NCBI GenBank assembly: GCA_015163855.1
Contig: JAAOIK010000043.1
Span: 3,133-67,132, forward strand
Direction of reading: 5' to 3'
Source: Pseudobdellovibrionaceae bacterium
Lineage (GTDB): Bacteria; Bdellovibrionota; Bdellovibrionia; Bdellovibrionales; UBA1609
Length of the DNA stretch: 64,000 nt
Shown here: piece after piece, positions 9,292 to 17,837 of the stretch
Position numbering within the stretch: position 1 is the stretch's first letter
Layout of the letters: each line of letters begins with the position of its first letter
Notes under the pieces: generated by a model
Databases searched by the model: none
Told to the model about the DNA's origin: nothing
What the model saw: only the letters and a program-made list of their open reading frames with translations
Program-made: the position numbers and the translations under genes

Positions 9292-10068
9292 CTACCTCCA
9301 GCGAGATGATTCAATCACCCTGTTTGTTAAAAAAATAAAAAAACTAATGAAGCTTAAAAAATATACTATCGCCTTAATTTGTAATAAACCCTTCATAAAT
9401 GTGATAAAGTGGTTTCCGATAGATAAATACTCTACCATAGACTGCAGCACGGGGTAGTTAGATAAAAAGTCGGCCTGACCTAAAACAATTAGGATGCTTA
9501 AATTTAAAATTACCCCCATCATTACACTCAACAATGGTGACTGTGTTAATGAAGAGGCCAGTAAACCCACCGCTACATAGGCGCCCACAATAAGAGATAA
9601 TCCTAAGTAAGCGGAAAACAAAATAGAATAACTAAAGTCGGCAACCAAACCTGTTCCCAAAGGGTATAATGCAGAAACAAAAACCAAAACTAAAGCCGCC
9701 CCAAAGCCTGCTAAAAACTTACCGACAGCAATAGCTAGCGAGCTAACAGGAACTGTTAAAAGTAAATTATAAGTTTTCTGCTTTCTTTCTTCCGATAACA
9801 ATTTCATAGTTATTGCAGGAATTAAAAATAAAAAAATTATATTAGATAACGAGATGTGCTTTGCAAACACTTCGTAATAAATATTTAAAGAGCCCGCACC
9901 TCCCATAGGTCCTCCACTTGTAAAAGCACTTCGCTGCACAAAAGTACTTAGCTCTCTTAAATATAAATAACTCCATATAGCCGAGCATAAAGTGACTATT
10001 ATCCACATAGGGGCAGAGCAAACCAAAGACTTAAAATCTTTTTTAGCTATAACTAAAATTTTTTTCAT
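9292..10068 (-). CDS. ABC-2 family permease (GldF/PilI-like)
   Basis: 258 aa with about six hydrophobic segments. It lies directly downstream of an ABC ATPase gene. Confidence 0.7.
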   Translation of the reverse strand: MKKILVIAKKDFKSLVCSAPMWIIVTLCSAIWSYLYLRELSTFVQRSAFTSGGPMGGAGSLNIYYEVFAKHISLSNIIFLFLIPAITMKLLSEERKQKTYNLLLTVPVSSLAIAVGKFLAGFGAALVLVFVSALYPLGTGLVADFSYSILFSAYLGLSLIVGAYVAVGLLASSLTQSPLLSVMMGVILNLSILIVLGQADFLSNYPVLQSMVEYLSIGNHFITFMKGLLQIKAIVYFLSFISFFIFLTNRVIESSRWR

Positions 10069-10077
10069 TTTCTTCTC

Positions 10078-10986
10078 CTACTTTGTTAATTCTATAAAAA
10101 TATTTTCTAACTTTAAGTCTTGCAAACTTTGTTCGATAAGCCCTACTTTCGAGTTAACCAAAAATTTAGAAAGCTCTATTAACAACTCGTTACTAGCATT
10201 TTTTAAATGAACTTCGGTTTTATTATTTTTGTGCGAACAATGATTTACATAAGGTAAATTTAATAGTTGTGTTTCTATTTGTGCAGTAAATCCCGACAAA
10301 CGCAAAGACACAACGCTAGAACTACCTTTATGAATTAAATCTTGAATGTTATCTTCTAAAACAATTTGCCCCTCTTTAATGATAATTGCTTTAGTACAAA
10401 TATTTTGAACTTCACTTAAAATATGAGAAGACAATAAAACACTATGCCCCTTTAAGTTTTGAATCAATTCGCGGATTTCTATAATTTGCTGAGGGTCTAA
10501 GCCTACCGTAGGCTCGTCTAAAATTAACAACGGGGGGTTGCCCAATAAAGCTTGAGCCAAGCCCACCCTTTGTCGAAATCCTTTTGATAAATGTTGAATA
10601 TAGCGGCCAGCAACAGACTCTAAGTGTGTTTTTCCAATAACTTCCTCGGTCTCTAAAGCTAGGCTGGCTTTTGTAATTCCCTTTAACTGCGCAACATATT
10701 TTAAGTAATCCAAAACACGCATATCTTCATACACGGGAGGAATTTCGGGCAAGTAGCCTATTTGCTTTTTTACTTCTTGTGGGTTTTCAAAAACATCATA
10801 GCCTCCCACAGTTACCACGCCAGAGCTCGGCGCCAATGCCCCTGCAATAATTTGCATGGTTGTGGTTTTTCCAGCTCCATTAGACCCTAAAAAGCCTAAT
10901 CGCTCTCCTTTTTCTAATTTAAAAGATAAATCTTTAACCGCATGAACAGAGCCGTATTTTTTATTTAAGCCTTTCACCTCTAACAT
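10078..10986 (-). CDS. ABC transporter ATP-binding protein (GldA/PilH-like, ABC-2 subfamily)
   Basis: Walker A GSNGAGKTTT, signature LSKGFRQRVGLAQAL, Walker B LLILDEPTVGLDP, H-loop SSHIL. Confidence 0.85.
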   Translation of the reverse strand: MLEVKGLNKKYGSVHAVKDLSFKLEKGERLGFLGSNGAGKTTTMQIIAGALAPSSGVVTVGGYDVFENPQEVKKQIGYLPEIPPVYEDMRVLDYLKYVAQLKGITKASLALETEEVIGKTHLESVAGRYIQHLSKGFRQRVGLAQALLGNPPLLILDEPTVGLDPQQIIEIRELIQNLKGHSVLLSSHILSEVQNICTKAIIIKEGQIVLEDNIQDLIHKGSSSVVSLRLSGFTAQIETQLLNLPYVNHCSHKNNKTEVHLKNASNELLIELSKFLVNSKVGLIEQSLQDLKLENIFIELTK

Positions 10987-11016
10987 AAAAAAACTCCTTT
11001 GCTTTATTGTGTAAAA

Positions 11017-11039
11017 TCACCCTCCTTCTAAAAGGGTGA
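11017..11039 (-). terminator. Possible weak intrinsic terminator after the DUF814 gene
   Basis: Minus strand reads UCACCC-UUUUAGAAGGA-GGGUGA followed by UUUUACAC. The stem is 6 bp and the loop 11 nt. Judged by eye only. Confidence 0.3.
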
Positions 11040-11068
11040 AGGAAAAATCTCACAATATTCGAACAATA

Positions 11069-12466
11069 TCAAAGTAAAATAGTTTTTTCATTTTTATATG
11101 ACACTCTGCCTAAAGAGTCGCCCTTAATGCTTTTTACAAAACGGCATTGCGTATACATTGCATCTAATTTAATTTCAGCCAAATGACCCTTTTTTAAGCT
11201 AAACTCTGCAAGCCATCTCCCGACCATTATAATTTCTTTATCTGTGATTTTTTGAGCCTTTGTGGTTAAAATAATAGCATGGCTAGAAGGATAATCCCTT
11301 AAATGAACCCATATATGCCATGGTCTAGCCTGTCTTAATAAGTCCACATTGGCTTTTGCATTTTTACCCGCAACTACGGCAACCCCCGAATCTAGCAACA
11401 AACTTCGTTTCGCTACACCTGGAAATAAAACGGTTTTTTCCAAAGAAGGTTTTTGCCCCTGCGCTGGTATAAACTTTTTAAAAACTCCTTTTTTAAAAGC
11501 AAGCTCATAAGAAGGCTCTCCCCCTAATAATAGTTGAGGGATTTTTTCGACCTTACACTTTTTAAGTAACGAAATATCGATGACTATATTTAAATTTTTT
11601 AAAAAAGGCGTTTCTATTAAAGTGACTAAAGTATCTAAATCTTTTTGTAAATCTTTTTGTCGCTTTTGCGTTTGCTTTAATTTGTGTGTTATTTTTTTAT
11701 ATTTACTAAATTGATCGTCCATATTCCATGCCCAAGATTGCTTTTCTTTAATATGGATAATTTGATCGCTGCTTAAATTTGTTAAACTGCTAGTGGTGCG
11801 AAGCTTAAAGGCTATTTCTTTGGCCATAGCCCCAGCTCTTAATCTACCTTCAATGTCTTTTTCATTTTTTAGCAAGGCGCGCTGAGTTCGCTTTGTTTTA
11901 TTAGAAAAAAAATGGATCAATGCATTTTGTTTATTTTTACTCTTTTCTTTGCTGTCACGCTGCACCTGCCGACTATCTAACCACTCTTTTTTTATATTCA
12001 ACAGACCTCTAGAGCTTGTTATATCTGTCGAGCAACTATCTTCGCCTTCTTTCTTTACTTTGTACCAACACAAAGATTTATCGTCATAGCTAACTTCTAT
12101 ATTTGCAAAATGGGGAATCATGCAAAACTCTAACAAAAAAGATTCAAAATTAAATTGCAAAATACGCCTAGAACTAAAAGGCATAGCAATAGCACTTAAT
12201 TTTTTTCCTTTTAAATGACTCTTGCAAAATAATCCCACAGGGCTTTTAAACACATTGCTGTCCAGCCTTGGTTTATCAGCAAAATCAAAACACAGTGGAC
12301 TAATCTTGTTAATGTCAAAAAAAAGGTATTGTTTTTTTAAGGCCGAACTCCATAGCTCTAACAAAAGTTGGTTGCCTTGATAAGAAAGATTTTGAACTCT
12401 AGAGCCTTTTAGTGAGTTAAGTTTTTTTAATAACTGGCCAACCTCTAATAAAGATAATGCCCTCAC
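11069..12466 (-). CDS. NFACT/DUF814-domain protein (FbpA/RqcH-like)
   Basis: C-terminal HIWVHLRDYPSSHAIILT matches the DUF814 (NFACT-R) signature. The middle has a basic coiled-coil. It starts 17 nt after the pilR stop. Confidence 0.5.
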   Translation of the reverse strand: MRALSLLEVGQLLKKLNSLKGSRVQNLSYQGNQLLLELWSSALKKQYLFFDINKISPLCFDFADKPRLDSNVFKSPVGLFCKSHLKGKKLSAIAMPFSSRRILQFNFESFLLEFCMIPHFANIEVSYDDKSLCWYKVKKEGEDSCSTDITSSRGLLNIKKEWLDSRQVQRDSKEKSKNKQNALIHFFSNKTKRTQRALLKNEKDIEGRLRAGAMAKEIAFKLRTTSSLTNLSSDQIIHIKEKQSWAWNMDDQFSKYKKITHKLKQTQKRQKDLQKDLDTLVTLIETPFLKNLNIVIDISLLKKCKVEKIPQLLLGGEPSYELAFKKGVFKKFIPAQGQKPSLEKTVLFPGVAKRSLLLDSGVAVVAGKNAKANVDLLRQARPWHIWVHLRDYPSSHAIILTTKAQKITDKEIIMVGRWLAEFSLKKGHLAEIKLDAMYTQCRFVKSIKGDSLGRVSYKNEKTILL

Positions 12467-12482
12467 TGGTAATTACTTTTTA

Positions 12483-13919
12483 TTAGCTAGCAGTGCCTAA
12501 TTCTTTTTCGTCTTTTTCGTCTTTTTCTAAAAGATGCTTCTCTAATCTATAGCGCATCGAGCGAAAGGTAATGTTTAATAGCTTGGCCGCTACTTTTTTT
12601 ACTCCATTAGACAAATGTAATGCTTTAACTAAAAGTTCCTTTTCTAGTTCATCTAAAACTTTATCTAAAAAAATTCCTTTACTAGTAAATTGGAAATTTT
12701 TTAAAACGTTTAGTTGCTCTGGTTGGCTTAATTCTAATAATAAAGGTGGTAAGTGCTCTGGCAAAATAATGGGCTCTGATTCTATTGCAATAATGCGTTC
12801 AATAATATTTTCTAATTCTCTTACATTTCCCGGATAGCGGTACTTTTTTAATTTTTCCGCTGCCTCGGCACTTAGCTGTGACACTGACTTATCAAATTTC
12901 TTTGCAAACTTTTTTAACGCATAGTTTGCCAATAAAATAACATCATCACCTCGGCTACGCAGAGGAGGAAGCGATACTTCAATCACATTAATTCTATAAA
13001 ATAAATCTTCACGAAAAGCTCCTGTCTTTACCATTTCTAGCAAATCTCTATTCGTAGCAGATAAAATTCTGACATCTACCTTTATATTTTCTGTAGACCC
13101 TACTTTGCGAATTTCTTTTTCTTGCAGCACTCTTAATAATTTCGCCTGCATTTCTAGGGGTAATTCGCCCACCTCATCTAAAAACAGCGTTCCTCCAGAG
13201 GCTGCCTCAAACAACCCCTCTTTATCAGAAACTGCACCTGTAAAAGCGCCTTTTCTATGACCAAAAAACTCTGACTCTATTAACTCTGAAGGGATAGCTC
13301 CGCAGTTTACAGGAACAAATGCGGCCCTACTAACAAGGCTATTGTTGTGAATTGCTCTAGCAACTACCTCTTTACCTGTTCCACTTTCTCCTATAATTAA
13401 AATATTAGATTGCGAAGGAGATACTTTTTTTATTAAGTCAAAAACCTGATGCATAGGCTCTGAGTCACCAATGCAATTATCAAAACTATACTCTTGCTGA
13501 ACTTCCCTTCTTAAAAAACGATTTTCTACTTCTAAATCTTTCGCACTAAAGGCTTTTTTTAAATTTATCTGAACCTCTTCAATATTAAAAGGCTTGGTTA
13601 AATAATCGTAGGCTCCAAGCTTCATAGCCTCAATAGCCGTTTCCATACTTCCAAAAGCGGTAATTACCATAAATAACACAGAACTATTTTCTTTAACCAA
13701 TTGCTTTAATAATTCTAACCCCGTCATGTTAGGCATTTGTAAATCAGAAATTACCATATCAAAAGATTGCTTTCTATACACCGATAGAGCTTGCGCACCA
13801 TCTTCTGCACAAACAACATCATAGCCCTCTTTAGTTAGCATAATGTTTAAAAAATCTCTTATGGAAGATTCGTCATCTACAACTAAAATTTTTCTTTTTT
13901 TCATACCTTCGCTCTCCAT
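12483..13919 (-). CDS. pilR: Sigma-54-dependent two-component response regulator (NtrC family, PilR-like)
   Basis: Receiver domain (ILVVDDE...DLQMPNMTG), AAA+ sigma-54 activator domain (GESGTGKEVVARAIH, intact GAFTGA, ESEFFGH) and C-terminal Fis-type HTH (VKKVAAKLLNITFRSMRYRL). It lies next to the pilS-like kinase and pilBTC. Confidence 0.85.
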   Translation of the reverse strand: MESEGMKKRKILVVDDESSIRDFLNIMLTKEGYDVVCAEDGAQALSVYRKQSFDMVISDLQMPNMTGLELLKQLVKENSSVLFMVITAFGSMETAIEAMKLGAYDYLTKPFNIEEVQINLKKAFSAKDLEVENRFLRREVQQEYSFDNCIGDSEPMHQVFDLIKKVSPSQSNILIIGESGTGKEVVARAIHNNSLVSRAAFVPVNCGAIPSELIESEFFGHRKGAFTGAVSDKEGLFEAASGGTLFLDEVGELPLEMQAKLLRVLQEKEIRKVGSTENIKVDVRILSATNRDLLEMVKTGAFREDLFYRINVIEVSLPPLRSRGDDVILLANYALKKFAKKFDKSVSQLSAEAAEKLKKYRYPGNVRELENIIERIIAIESEPIILPEHLPPLLLELSQPEQLNVLKNFQFTSKGIFLDKVLDELEKELLVKALHLSNGVKKVAAKLLNITFRSMRYRLEKHLLEKDEKDEKELGTAS

Positions 13920-13936
13920 TGCTTAGTTTTTTACAA

Positions 13937-15574
13937 TTATGCTACCTTCATACGCTCGTGTTGAGGTGATGAATATTTAAATATTGGAAATTTTAAACTA
14001 AAGCGTGTTCCTTTATTTACTTCTGTTTCTACAAGTACATCACAATTATGTTGTCGCAAAATATTATAGCTTGTAGCTAGCCCCAGGCCTGTTCCATTAG
14101 GTTTTTTAGTAAAGAAGGGTTCGAAAATTTTTAGCCGATCCTTTTCTTGCATGCCACAACCATTATCTTCAATATCTATAACTGCATAAGAATTTTCAAA
14201 ATATGTTTTTACAGATAACCGCGGGTTAGCTGTTTCTTGCATAGCCTGATAAGCATTAATAAAAAAGTTTAGCAAAGACTGCTTAATCCTTTGCACATCA
14301 CCTTCTATAAATATAGAGGACGACAAACTTAGCTTTTGTTCAATTTTAGAACTATAATTTTTATCAAAAGTTAATAGTTGTAAAATTTCTTTAATGAGCT
14401 CTGATACATTAATAGAAGAAACTACTAAGGGTTTTTCTACGCTATAATCTAAAAACTCTGTGATTAAATTATTTAATCGTCCAACCTCTTTAGAAATAAT
14501 GGAAAATAATTCTTTAGACTCGGTAGATTCTAAATTTTTAGAGACCTGCAGCATTTGTACGCTGCCACTAATTCCGGCTAAAGGGTTACGAATTTCATGC
14601 GCAATACTCGCTGCCAAACTACCAACTATTGCTAACTTTTCTTTTTGGCGATCTAACACCTCTTTTTGTTTTTTTTCTGTTATGTCCTGTATCAACAAAG
14701 TGTATATTTTGGTTTTAAGAAGGTCGTCAGCCATAGTTGAAATTAAAACTTCAAAACTCCTTTCATTATGCTTTTCTTCAAAAACACAAGAAAACATTTT
14801 TTTACCCAAAGGTGGCGTAACAAAAAGCAAATTTATTTTGCGTGTAATCTCTGGAAAAAATGCCAATAGGTCGCGAGCTTCTAAGGACTGGCAATTTAAA
14901 AGTTTTTTAGCCTGTTTATTAGCTGCTTGAATAACCAAAGCGGAATTAATAGTTAGCAGGCCTGCTTGAATATTATCAACTATTAGCTCGTTTAAATTTT
15001 TTAATGCTAAAACATCTTTTGTTCTTTTTTCTAATTTTTCTTGAGTTTTTTGAATTTTTTTAATAACAAAAGGAGATAAATAAGCAGTTACAAAAAATAA
15101 AATATGGCTAAATACAAATTGTCCCCACAGCACAGCGGGCTCTGCAATATTTTTTAGCGCAATGTTTGCTCCTAACAGAAAAGAAACCAAAGTTCCAAAT
15201 AATACGGCAGAAGAAAAGCCATATAATATTCCCACACAAGAAATATATAAACTTGCTGATACTAAAAAAATGCTATTTGGCAATAGTCCGCTATAAAAAC
15301 ATAAAAATATAGCTAAAAACTTTCCTACCAGCAAAACTGGAAAAAATGATTTTTTTTCTAAAAACAAGTAAAGCAAGTGCAGTGTGGCCGAACCAATTAA
15401 ACTGTAATAAATCAATGCATTGGCACTCTCATTTAAATAAAGAGGGTGAACAAAACGATAAAACTGCAAAGAAAGAAAAATAACGATATCTAAAATAAAT
15501 AACGATGTAGTAGATAAATTTTGTAAATTTAAGTGGCGGTTTTTAAATGTGATCTCTGACGACACAAGCTTCAT
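13937..15574 (-). CDS. pilS: Membrane sensor histidine kinase (PilS-like)
   Basis: Multi-TM N-terminus, H-box SIAHEIRNPLAGI, N-box NAYQAM and G-boxes DNGCGM / GTGLGLA. Confidence 0.8.
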   Translation of the reverse strand: MKLVSSEITFKNRHLNLQNLSTTSLFILDIVIFLSLQFYRFVHPLYLNESANALIYYSLIGSATLHLLYLFLEKKSFFPVLLVGKFLAIFLCFYSGLLPNSIFLVSASLYISCVGILYGFSSAVLFGTLVSFLLGANIALKNIAEPAVLWGQFVFSHILFFVTAYLSPFVIKKIQKTQEKLEKRTKDVLALKNLNELIVDNIQAGLLTINSALVIQAANKQAKKLLNCQSLEARDLLAFFPEITRKINLLFVTPPLGKKMFSCVFEEKHNERSFEVLISTMADDLLKTKIYTLLIQDITEKKQKEVLDRQKEKLAIVGSLAASIAHEIRNPLAGISGSVQMLQVSKNLESTESKELFSIISKEVGRLNNLITEFLDYSVEKPLVVSSINVSELIKEILQLLTFDKNYSSKIEQKLSLSSSIFIEGDVQRIKQSLLNFFINAYQAMQETANPRLSVKTYFENSYAVIDIEDNGCGMQEKDRLKIFEPFFTKKPNGTGLGLATSYNILRQHNCDVLVETEVNKGTRFSLKFPIFKYSSPQHERMKVA

Positions 15575-15579
15575 AATAT

Positions 15580-16716
15580 TTACCCAGCTCCCCCTGCCAT
15601 ACCAAAAATCGGCAGATACATAGCCACTACCAAGAAACCTACAATTCCACCCAGCACAACTAGCAAAATTGGTTCAATCATTTTTAACATTGTTTCGGAT
15701 GCAATTTCTAATTCGTCATCATAAAAATCACAAATCTTTCCTAACATATAATCTAGCCGGCCTGTACCTTCACCGGTTTTCATCATGTCTACTACCATAA
15801 TGTCTAAATAAGGGCTGTTTTCAAATGCAGAATAAAGCGGCTTTCCGGCTGTAATGTTTTTTTGGGCATCTGTAAAAATTTTTTTAATTATACTATTGTT
15901 TACTAGGCTTGAAGCTATCTCTAACCCTCTAAGAATATCCACACCTGCCTCTAATAAAACCGACAATATACGAAAACTTTTAGCAACAATAGCCTTGGTT
16001 AAAAAATTTCCTAAAACAGGTATCTCTAAAACAATCGCATCTATTTGTTTTTTAGATGACTGGTTATTCATTAAGCTTTTTATCATTATACCAATGGCAA
16101 CCATCCCCAAAATAAGCAGATGTCCTTTTGTGCGTATAAGCCCACTAAAATCTAATACCATCTGAGTAAGGGCTGGCAAATCTTTCCCCATACCAGCAAA
16201 CATACTAGCAAAGGTGGGAATCACAAAAATTAAAATAGCCGTAATAGCTATTCCGGCTACACACAAAATGGCAATAGGATATACCATTGCCCCCTTTACC
16301 GCAGACTGCATTTTAAGAGATTTTTCTAAAAACACTGCGTGGTTGCGTAGAACTTTAGCTAAAACTCCACCTTCTTCACCAGCCTTTATCAAATTTACAA
16401 AAATAGAATCAAAAACTTTTGGGTGCTCTGCCAAAGATGCTGAAAAAGTTTTTCCTCTATCAATAGACAATTTTACTTTTTTAATTATATCGGATAAATC
16501 TTGGCTACGCCCAGAGCGAGAAAGCGTTCCTAAACCTTCTGATAAGGGAACTCCCGCATCAATTAAAATAGATAACTGACGAACAATAATTTGCAAATCT
16601 TTGGGCTTTATGTCTAAACCTATATTAAAGTTTAACCCTTTTTTGTTTTTGCCCCGCTCTTTGCTTTGCACAAAGTTCGTCTTTGCTGAGTTTTTTCTAC
16701 CTTGATTGAAGTTCAT
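15580..16716 (-). CDS. pilC: Type IV pilus platform protein PilC (GspF family)
   Basis: Two T2SSF-type repeats, three TM segments and C-terminal EPILLVVLGGIVGFLVVAMYLPIF. Confidence 0.9.
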   Translation of the reverse strand: MNFNQGRKNSAKTNFVQSKERGKNKKGLNFNIGLDIKPKDLQIIVRQLSILIDAGVPLSEGLGTLSRSGRSQDLSDIIKKVKLSIDRGKTFSASLAEHPKVFDSIFVNLIKAGEEGGVLAKVLRNHAVFLEKSLKMQSAVKGAMVYPIAILCVAGIAITAILIFVIPTFASMFAGMGKDLPALTQMVLDFSGLIRTKGHLLILGMVAIGIMIKSLMNNQSSKKQIDAIVLEIPVLGNFLTKAIVAKSFRILSVLLEAGVDILRGLEIASSLVNNSIIKKIFTDAQKNITAGKPLYSAFENSPYLDIMVVDMMKTGEGTGRLDYMLGKICDFYDDELEIASETMLKMIEPILLVVLGGIVGFLVVAMYLPIFGMAGGAG

Positions 16717-16757
16717 ACTTTTACTTCCTTGTTATATAGCTTTATACAGCACACGCC

Positions 16758-17837
16758 TTAAGCCACAGCTTTTAATAATAAACTTTGTAATTCTTTTTTA
16801 TTAGGGGAGTAGTATAGCGCTCGTTGCATGTCTAATTTTCCTCTTTGAACTAAGCGCAATAGTGACTGATTCATAGTATGCATTTTGGTTTCTGTCTGGC
16901 CCAACTGCATTAAAGAGTAAATTTGATGTAACTTATTTTCTCGAAGCAAATTTTTAATACCATCGTTCATAAATAACATTTCTGTGGCCATTGTATTTTT
17001 TCCCGAAACATCTATAACCAGCTGCTGATTAACTACAGCCTTTAAAACAAAACTTAGCTGTGTGCGCACTTTATTTTGTGCATTACTCGGAAAAGAATCA
17101 ATAAGTCTAATAAGGCTATCTACAGCACTACCTGCATGAATAGTGGAAAATACTAAATGTCCAGTTTCCGCAAGTCTTAGCCCCATTTCTACAGTTTCTA
17201 AATCTCTTAACTCTCCAATTAAGCATACATCGGGGTCTTGTCTTAAAGCATATTTTAAGGCAGAAGAAAAATCATCAACATCCGAACCCACCTCTCTTTG
17301 AGTGACAATGCTTTGTTGAGAAAAATGGTAAAACTCAATGGGGTCTTCTACCGTAACAATATGCTTTGCCTGTTCTTTATTAATTTTATCAATTAAAGTA
17401 GCAATGGTAGTGCTTTTTCCACTTCCCGTGGGGCCAGATATTAAAACTAATCCGCTAGGTATGTTCACCAAACTATTTATAGACAGTGGTAAGCCTAACA
17501 AACTTTGATCAGGAATAACATGAGGAATTGTCCTCATCACTGCTCCCACCTGAGCTTTTTGAAAAAAAAGATTAACACGAAAGCGAGCCAAGTTTTTAAC
17601 ACCAAAACTAAAATCTAAATTTTTGTTTTCTTCAAAAAGAGCTTGCTGCTTTTCTGACAATAGTGAGTAACATAAAGCTCTAATTTCATCAGAACTCAAA
17701 ACAGGCATTTGGCCTAAAGAAGAGATTTGACCTTCTATGCGAACGCTCGGCTTTTCTCCTGCAGATAAATGCAAATCCGAAGCACCTGTTTCTAATACTT
17801 TTAACAATAAATCTTTTAAAGCTAATTCTGTACCCAC
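16758..17837 (-). CDS. pilT: Twitching-motility retraction ATPase PilT
   Basis: Walker A GPTGSGKST, Asp/His boxes (DPDVCLIGELRD, TGHLVFSTIHA) and the PilT-specific GIKNLLRENKLHQI (AIRNLIRE-type) motif. Confidence 0.92.
   Translation of the reverse strand: MGTELALKDLLLKVLETGASDLHLSAGEKPSVRIEGQISSLGQMPVLSSDEIRALCYSLLSEKQQALFEENKNLDFSFGVKNLARFRVNLFFQKAQVGAVMRTIPHVIPDQSLLGLPLSINSLVNIPSGLVLISGPTGSGKSTTIATLIDKINKEQAKHIVTVEDPIEFYHFSQQSIVTQREVGSDVDDFSSALKYALRQDPDVCLIGELRDLETVEMGLRLAETGHLVFSTIHAGSAVDSLIRLIDSFPSNAQNKVRTQLSFVLKAVVNQQLVIDVSGKNTMATEMLFMNDGIKNLLRENKLHQIYSLMQLGQTETKMHTMNQSLLRLVQRGKLDMQRALYYSPNKKELQSLLLKAVA

Noticed and set aside
12483-12540. Short in-frame tandem repeats in coding sequence: EKDEKDEK at the PilR C-terminus, and QKTQKVQKTQK at the FtsB-like C-terminus (53504-53560).
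   Set aside because: These are low-complexity charged tails typical of this Lys/Glu-rich proteome, with no evidence of function or phase variation.
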